From Octopus vulgaris (Eukaryota), in the NCBI GenBank assembly GCA_951406725.2, contig OX597816.1, positions 70,928,001 to 70,992,000 of the forward strand: a stretch of DNA of 64,000 nucleotides, in the 5' to 3' direction. Under the pieces are notes generated by a model. That model was not told the DNA's origin. It made no database searches and saw nothing but the letters and a program-made list of their open reading frames with translations. Of this stretch, positions 55,868 to 64,000 are shown piece after piece. The position numbers and the translations under genes were made by a program. Positions within the stretch are counted from its first letter, which is position 1, and each line of letters starts with the position of its first letter.

Positions 55868-56168
55868 GTGTGCGTGTGGGAGTGTGTGTGTGTGAGTGTG
55901 TGTATGTGTACAGGTGGCCCAAAAGTCACTAGACAATTTTAAAATACAACTTTTCTACAATTAATCTCTTCAGGTACTTTGTTTTAGATACCGACATTTA
56001 ATTCCACTTGAAAAACATGATTTTCAAAACTAATTTACAAGGCTTTCCAAGAAATTTATTATTGTTTGTAAAAGAATAAAAGTGAACGCTAAGCAAATAA
56101 AGCGGTCATCATATTTTGAAATGGTCGGGTGAAATTCGGGCCATTCTATGTATATGGATACGTGTATA

Positions 56169-56200
<32 letters not shown>

Positions 56201-56361
56201 CTTCTACACATATACATATATGTAGTATATATGTATATAATACACACAAATACATATATATATATATATAGACAATATACATACACATATATAGATGTAT
56301 ATTTTTTTACACACGCACACACATCAAAGAAGGAAGGAGAGAATAAGAGAGACAGAGAGAG

Positions 56362-56411
<50 letters not shown>

Positions 56412-56804
56412 GGAGAGAGAGTGACGAAGAGGGAAAGGAGGAAAGAAAGAAAGAGATATAGATACCATTTACCCGCCCAAAATATTTCATAATTAACGTT
56501 AATTGTTGTGAAGTGAACTAATCGCGCAATTAGCGCCATTAAAAAAAACTTACCATTATCTACCACAGTACTAGACGGTTACGCACCCCCACTTCACTAA
56601 CTCACAATCTTTCTTTTTCACCCTCCTAGTTTTGTCTTATATTTTTCATACACACATTTAAGCACACACACACACACACAAAATATATATTCATATCCAT
56701 TTATACACACATACACACACACACAAATACACACATATTTATGAGTGTGTGTGTATCCAGCTTGGCCGCAGTCAAATGACTGAAACAAGTAAAAGAATAA
56801 AAGA

Positions 56805-56836
<32 letters not shown>

Positions 56837-56981
56837 CAAACTTTGTTGGACTTATCCTAATTTTCTCACACAACTATCTCTCTTTTTTTCCCGTTTCTCT
56901 CTCTCTCTCTGTCTCTCCCTCTCTCTTTCTCCCCATTTCTCTCTTTCTCTGCCTCTCTGTCTCTCTCTGTCTCTCTCTGTC

Positions 56982-57021
<40 letters not shown>

Positions 57022-57544
57022 GCTTTCTCTCTCCACACATTCAGACACACGTAACCTAGCGTAAATAGACACATACGTGTATGTCTGTCTGTGTGTCTGT
57101 CTCAATATGTGTATGTATGTAAGCATGTGTTTATGCATGCATGTATGGATGGACTGATGTGTGTGTATGTGTGTATATGCGTCAAAGTATATACCTCCTT
57201 TTCTATTAATATATTTCTTCCCTCTGCGTGCATGTGCGTGTTTATCGTTGCGCCTATGATGTGTGTGCGTTTGTTTGTGAATGTGCTTTTGTGTTAAGTA
57301 CGGATAAGCAACAACTATTTACATTTAGAGGATATTAGAAAAGTGCAAATGCAACACAAGTAGTATCAGAAATAGTATCGAAATCTGATAACAACAACAA
57401 CAATGACAACTACAATAATACTGGTTTTAAATTTCGGCAGAATTTGAGTTCAGAGCGTAAAGACGGACGAAATGCGGTTAAGCATTTTGTTTGTCGTGCT
57501 AACGATTCTGCCATTTCGCCGCCTTCAATAATAATAATAATTAA

Positions 57545-57998
57545 TTCTTTTATTAGCCACAAGGGCTGACAAAAATTAATTATAACAAAAAAGGGACAAA
57601 ACAGGACGAAAGGTTACAAAGAGTTTTGTCCGTTTGTGAAAAAAATCCGAGTAAAAAAGCAGTTTAACAACGAAAATATAACAACGAAAAACTCCCAATA
57701 GGGGGAGGCGTTACGAAAGGTTCCTGGTGGAAAAAAAAAACCATAAAAGCCAACGGGAGCCTGGTCAAAAGCGGAGTAGAGAGCCCCTTTCTCCTTTTAT
57801 ATTACCTTTTTAAATCACAGGTGCAACCTCAGAATGGCTCCTTTCATACTAGCCATTCTTGCGACATTTATCCACCTTTCAGCAAACTTGCTATCATACA
57901 GCACTTCCCTCTCCACTCTCATCTTCCTTTTCAAGTTAAACTTGAAAAAGTTGACGAGGCCTGGGCCAAAGAGGAAAGTGTCTAACCTTAGCCCTTTC
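57545..57998 (-). pseudogene. 3' end of a LINE (probably L1/Tx1-like ORF2 tail plus 3' UTR)
   Basis: ORF ending ..FFKFNLKRKMRVERE..KFAERW.. followed by a T-rich UTR ending GCCCTTGTGGCTAATAAAAGAA. Confidence 0.5.
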
Positions 57999-58219
57999 AA
58001 TAATAATAATCCTTTATATTATAGGCATATGGCCTGAAATTTTGGAACTAGTCGATTACATCGACTCCAGTACTTGACAGGTACTTATTTCATCGACCCC
58101 GAAAGGATGAAAGGCAAAATCGACCTGTGCGGAATTTGAACTCGGAACGGAAAGTATTTTGTCCGACGTACTAACAATTATGCCAGTTCACCTCCTTAAT
58201 AACAACAACACCAACAACA

Positions 58220-58286
<67 letters not shown>

Positions 58287-58287
<1 letters not shown>

Positions 58288-60654
58288 GAAAACACCTGAA
58301 TGGTTAGCAAGTGGTATTACTTACCTACTCCCAAAGAATAACGAAACCAACCTTCCAAAAAACTATCGGCCTGTCTATCCACCACGTATAAAATCCTAAC
58401 ATTTATCCTGGCGGAGAAAACATATGCATTCATGGAGAAGAACGATATTTTCCACATTGAACAAAAAGGGTGCCGCCGAGGCTCTTACGGATGCAAAGAT
58501 CAACTGCTAATCAATCGTATGATCCTTGAGAACTGTCACAACAAGCGCAGAAATCTCAGCACCGCATGGATTGACTATAAAAAGGCCTTCGACAGTATAC
58601 CGCATCCATGGATCTTGAGATCGCTGGACATCTTCAAAATTTCCCCTGTGATTTCAAACTTCCTGAAGCACAATATGTCGTTGTGGAATACGAATCTCCA
58701 ATTATACCACTCTAATGGAGTACTTGCCTCAGAAAATATAAACATCACCTTTAATATTCTGCATAGCCCTAATACCCCTTACAAGTGAATTAAACAGAAC
58801 AGGGTATGGGTATAAAATTGCCAATAAAAAAATAAGCCATCTATTTTATATGGATGACTTAAAACTTTATGGTAAAGACAATAATGAACTTGAAGGCCTA
58901 TTGCGCACCGTGAAAGCATTCAGCGATGACATCGGGATGGAGTTTGGACTTGAGAAGTGTGCCAAGGCCACTTTCCAGAAAGGGAAAGTGAAGACCACTA
59001 ATTCAGTCGTGTTAGATGTTGACACAGTCATAAGAGAGCTTGAGCAAGAACAAACATACAAATATTTAGGGATAAATGAAGGCTCTGGTATTCAGCATGC
59101 AAGCATGAAAGAGAAGATCAGGAAGGAATGTTATAGGAGATTTCGTGCAGTCCTGAAATCTGAACTAAATGCACGTAACAAGGTGTTAGCTATAAATTCC
59201 TTAGCAGTTCCAGTTGTTACTTATAGCTACAATGTGTTGAACTGGAATATGAGTGAAGTAAAGAATATAGATAGGAAAATACGCAAGCTGCTGAGTTGTA
59301 ATAGGATGCACCACCCAAAGGCAGACGTAGATCGCCTTTACCTTCCCAGAGCCCAAGGAGTTTGAGGCCTGATCCAATTTGAACTAGCTTACAAAACAAC
59401 CACAATTGGACTGGCCAAATATCACGAAATATCGAATGACTGGATGCTAAAGCTCGTGGAAAATCACGAGAGACGAAAGAAGCTTCATTCTATCATAAAG
59501 GAAAGCAAAAAATTTGCTATTGATCTCGTGCAGGATATCCAAACTGAACAACCCGAGGGAAGTACGGCAACTATTGTTGCAAAGAAGGTGAAAATGATGG
59601 CAATGAAAAAAGCGCACGAGCAATTGGCTGATAGGTGGGAGGAGAAACCTCTGCACGGCAAATATGTGACCCGCAGCAAATAAGCTGATGTTGACCAGAA
59701 GCAAACCCATCAGTGGCTACGGAGCTCAGGGCTAAAAGCAGAGAGCGAAGGTTTCATCCTGGCTGCTCAAGATCAAAGCCTATTAACCCGGAACTACCAG
59801 GCCAATGTGATGAAAAATGGAGCAGACCCAAAATGCCGATTCTGCAACGACATGATTGAAACAGTGGACCACCTAATCTCTGGCACACTTCTCAAGTCCA
59901 AACTCCATCCCGATGTCATCGCTGAATGCTTTCACGGTGCGCAATAGGCCTTCAAGTTCATTATTGTCTTTACCATAAAGTCTTAGCACCAGTGGAGTAT
60001 AAATTAAGACATGACAGAGTTGGCCAATATCTCCACTGGCTAATAAGTCGGCATTACAATATCAAAACTGCCGACAAGTTGTATAATCACCACCCTGAGG
60101 CTGTAACTGAAGGAGAAAATGTAACCATTCTGTGGGACTTTCCAGTACATACAGACCGAACCATCAAGGCCAATAAACCAGATATTGTTGTGAAAGACCA
60201 AAACAATAAAGTTTGCTTATTGATCGACATGAGCATCCCCTGTGATCATAATATCTCAGCGAAAGAGTTTGACAAGCTCAGAAAATATAAAGACCTACTC
60301 ATTGAAATTGAGAAAATGTGGCATCTCAAGGCGGTTACAATACCAGTGATCGTAGGAGCACTAGGAATGATCAAGAAGGGAACCGAAAATTATATGAGAA
60401 TGATCCCTGGCTTACCATCCCTACAAGAAGTGCAAAAGATTGTCTTAACTGGTACATCACACGTATTGAGAAGAGCATTGTCGATGTGAGAACTGTTGCT
60501 GCTCATGTATTTTAATTTAACTTTAAAAAAAAAAAAATGAACGAACTATTGAGTTTGGTTTAATGGCCTACCAATGTATACTATGAATTTCTTTGCCCTA
60601 GGAGTCGGGAAGACACTCGGCAAGAAATGGAAGCAAATTTGAAAGAAGAAAAAA

Positions 60655-60655
<1 letters not shown>
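58287..60655 (+). pseudogene. 5'-truncated R4/Dong-like non-LTR retrotransposon (RT + CCHC + restriction-like endonuclease)
   Basis: EQKGCRRGSYGCKDQLLI, WIDYKKAFDS, YMDDLKL, YKYLG, CRFC..ETVDHLISG, RHD, LWD..KPDIV..IDMSIP..K..KY. (AAT)n on both flanks. Confidence 0.92.
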
Positions 60656-60716
<61 letters not shown>

Positions 60717-60923
60717 CCTTTCTACTATAGGCATAAGGCCTGGAATTTGTGGGGAGGGAGATATTCGATCGCATGGACCCTTGATTGGTACTTAATTTAT
60801 CGACTCCGAAAGGACGAAAGGCAAAGTCGACCTAGGCGGAATTTGAGCTCTGAACGTTAAGTCGGGCGAAGTACCACTAACCATTTTGCCCGGCTTGCTA
60901 ACGATTCTGCGAGCTCATCGCCA

Positions 60924-61118
60924 CCAGGACTCAAAGCAGAGACAGAAGGATTTTTAATTGCAGCACAAGACTAAAGCCTCCCCACAAGATATTGCCAAAA
61001 ACATGTAATGAAAAGAAATATAACAAGTAACTGCAGAATATGTGGAGATGGACAAGAAACAATAAATCATATTATCTCTGGCTGCCCAGTCCTGGCTAAG
61101 AAGGAATATATTCACAGA
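60924..61118 (+). pseudogene. Second R4-like LINE fragment (zinc-knuckle region)
   Basis: GLKAETEGFLIAAQD..CRICGDGQETINHIISGCPVLAKKEYIHR. Confidence 0.8.
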
Positions 61119-61345
61119 CTGGATGCCTGTATCCCTGGAGATTACATCAGGGTAGGAGAGTGTGCGCCCTCTGGTATCGCGAGCAGATAGCTTCCAGAGG
61201 AGAAGAGTAGAAATTACCTCGTTTTCAGCTCTACAACAATGTCCAGCAAACTGGACTCTTCTACTTTTCACAAGAGATGGTACAGGTAGTAAGTTCCCAT
61301 ATATTTGTACTTTGGTTGGATGACGCTTCCACGAGATATTCGCTC
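61119..61345 (-). pseudogene. RTE/RTE-X LINE C-terminal fragment
   Basis: ISWKRHPT..RRVQFAGHCCR..LLLW..RGR.LSYPDVI. Confidence 0.7.
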
Positions 61346-61894
61346 TGACAATTGCTGCACCGACAGAGAGACTAAGTTGTATAATCTTTTGGACAACATT
61401 GGTAGCGTAGAGAGGAGAGACATGCCACATAGCCAGCAGCTGGTCTTCCGTACAACCTTGCTCAGGCCCATTATCCTGTTTGGGTACGGATCCATAATCT
61501 CCCGAAATTGAAGGATGCTAATGATATACTCGTATATCTCTGGAAGGAGACACCTTTCAAGAGTTAGTTTGGGAACCGGTCAACCATGTCTATCGAAGGG
61601 AAAACCTTTCGGAAATACTCCAAGACCTGAATATTGACACTTTGAAATGTTCCCTGTGAGTCACAGTTGCCATTAAGCCATTAAGCCACTGAAGAATGAG
61701 AAGTTTCGCATTCTCCTAACAGGTCTATCTCTTTATCTCGTCAGTGAGAAAAACATACAGTCCACTTTTAATGGCCAGACTAAAAATGTATATTTATTAA
61801 GGACACACAACCGTAAGTTTGTCTTACATCTCCTTCTTTATTCTCTCTCTCTCTCTCTCTTCACACACACATAGATTTCTATCCACATTCCAGC

Positions 61895-61956
<62 letters not shown>

Positions 61957-62157
61957 CACATGCGCTCAAAATAAACTCGGAAGACGAAGTGATAACAAAC
62001 TGTAATTATTAGTTTGACGCTCAAGACGGATATCGAAATTTCACACACACGCACACACACACAAACACACACACGCGTGCGCTCACGCACATACGTGCAC
62101 AAACATATACATACACATACACATATACATGCACGCATACACACACACATGTCCATA

Positions 62158-62215
<58 letters not shown>

Positions 62216-62741
62216 TGTATGTATGTATGTATGTATGTATGTATGTATGTATGTGTGTGTGCGCGCATGTTTGTATGTATATGTATGTATGTGTGTGTGT
62301 ATGTACTCGTATGTATATGCATATGTAATTGTATAATGAAAATACTAATGAGCCAGTGGCATAAATTTACACAAGACAAATAAAGGTATATTAAATAACA
62401 TACAAGAGAATTTTTATCTGTATTCTTCAGACGAAGATGATTCCCTTCGTCTCAAGAAACAGCAAAACAAATGCTTGGTGTCAATTGCGACACACTGTAA
62501 AGGAAAAACAGGGAGATAATCTCAAGAATGAAGAATTCTCTGGAATTGACATGAGATTAAGGAAAGACTATTTGTCCATCTTTTCTGAAGATAAAAGAAC
62601 AAAAGTTATACGTGTTTCTGTTTCAATAAGCGTCATCATCGCAGTAGTTGTCTTATCTCCAGTCCAACAGGCACAAGAGTTGAAATGAGTAGAGAAAATA
62701 AATATCTTTGAATAATTTGCACGATTTAAACAGATGTACAA

Positions 62742-63731
62742 TACCGTGCAAAAGTCTTTAACCACTTTAAATCATTGTAAATTTCTACTAATTGCCAACT
62801 TATAAATGGATGCTTCGCATTGCACTTTTTACAGAGGAAACATTGGCCCTGTTGGGGTCATTTCCATATCTAACCATTATATTTCGTTGTAGGAGTTCTG
62901 ACAAATTCTCGCTTATTAGAAAACGAAACGAGCCACGTTACACGACGAAAACTATGAAGTTTGAGGGTAAGAGTCTGATACTTTGGGGATACATAAAAAG
63001 TAATGGTTAAAGAAAGTTGGTTAAAATTACCGGTAACTTGAGTAGTGCTAAATACACCCAGTTGCTGAAGAACAATTTGATACCAGACTTGGATGAAGGT
63101 GAGACTTTTCAAGTATGATGGCGCTCCATGCCACAGATCGCACGCAACACAACAGAGTCTGGTTGATGAAAATGTTACTGTATTGAAAGATTGGCCAGCT
63201 CAGAGCCATGACTTAAATATCATCGAGCAAATGTGGACAGAACTAAAGAGAAGAGTTCGTCAGAAGAATCTACACAATCTTGAAGAGTTGTGGGAGCTCA
63301 GCCACAGAGAATAGCATCTCAAACCTGTGAAGATGGTGAAGGATTTGTACGCATCTCTTCCCAGGTGCATTGAAGCAATTATTCAAGCCAAGGGAAGCCA
63401 CACGAAATATTAACAATGTTCAGTAACTTCTTGAAATGAACATTATGTAATGAATTTTCATTATAGACATTTTTCTGTCTCAAAACTCTGTATCTAGATT
63501 GGTTTATGTGAGGTAACCGAAAACTTTTGCACGGCCATATTTGGTGGTCGTGTCGCATCTTCTCCTCTCATTCAGAAACCCCACAACAAAATATGATGAT
63601 TAGGTAAGTAAATGACTGTAACAGGGCCAATATTTCATCTGTAAAAAACGCAATGCCAAACATCCACTTATAAGTTGGGAATTAGTAGAAATTTACAATG
63701 GTTTAAAGTAGCTGAAAACTTGTGCACAGTA
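62742..63731 (+). mobile_element. Internally deleted Tc1 element with long TIRs
   Basis: ~160-bp imperfect TIRs (62742-62900 and 63572-63731). Transposase C-terminus LILWGYI, DGAPCH, WPAQSHDLNIIEQMW and AKGSHTKY. Confidence 0.85.
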
Positions 63732-63771
63732 CTGTAAGTATATTATACAAGTGTGTGTGTGGTGGGGTGTA

Positions 63772-64000
63772 TACAGGGTGTCCCCCCAAAAGTATATTCA
63801 CACTTTGTATGACAATTAATTCAGTGTTTATTGACTTAGAAACAAGATTAATGGTTCAAATTTACATATACATGGTCAATAATGCACTCACTCTAACTGA
63901 CAATAAACACATTGTTTATTGACAATGATTAATGGTTAAACGCAAAATGGATTAAATGCATTTTTATAAATGTTCAAACTGACGACCATCGCTCTCCAAA
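63772..64000 (-). mobile_element. Tc1/mariner-superfamily element 3' end (runs off window)
   Basis: TA-CAGGGTGTCCC terminus; minus strand ends DGRQFEHL*. Confidence 0.55.

Noticed and set aside
61345-61760. GC-richer segment with short ORFs and CTGAAGA/CTGACGA motifs
   Set aside because: No recognisable protein motif and no consistent hammerhead stems.

Overview
AT-rich, microsatellite-saturated eukaryotic DNA with no recognisable host gene. The repeat content (tRNA-derived SINE families, (TA)n/(CA)n/(TACA)n/(TAA)n runs, RTE and R4/Dong LINEs) looks like a cephalopod (Octopus-like) intron or intergenic region; the organism call is inference. Most ORFs in the track are microsatellite artefacts. 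Real coding remnants are all decayed transposons: an RTE LINE (4.9-6.6 kb), other LINE fragments, a full-length mariner (27.0-28.3 kb), two Tc1 elements (32.8-34.0 and 62.7-63.7 kb), an R4/Dong-like LINE in (TAA)n (58.3-60.65 kb) and a Helitron PIF1 remnant. The main unannotated signal is a dense set of about 15 type I hammerhead ribozyme (HHR) motifs from several unrelated sequence families, read by eye as stem I-CUGANGA-stem II-GAAAC-palindromic loop-GUH-stem I. They sit in short non-coding elements that usually abut (TA)n at their 3' end. Several have partial tandem repeats and/or a fold-back (inverted) 5' end, which is the architecture of non-autonomous Penelope-like elements (PLEs) or retrozymes. 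One is a tRNA-headed SINE-like unit with an HHR tail, inserted as a fold-back between 13-bp target-site duplications (754-1328). All structure calls are manual and none has been tested computationally or biochemically.
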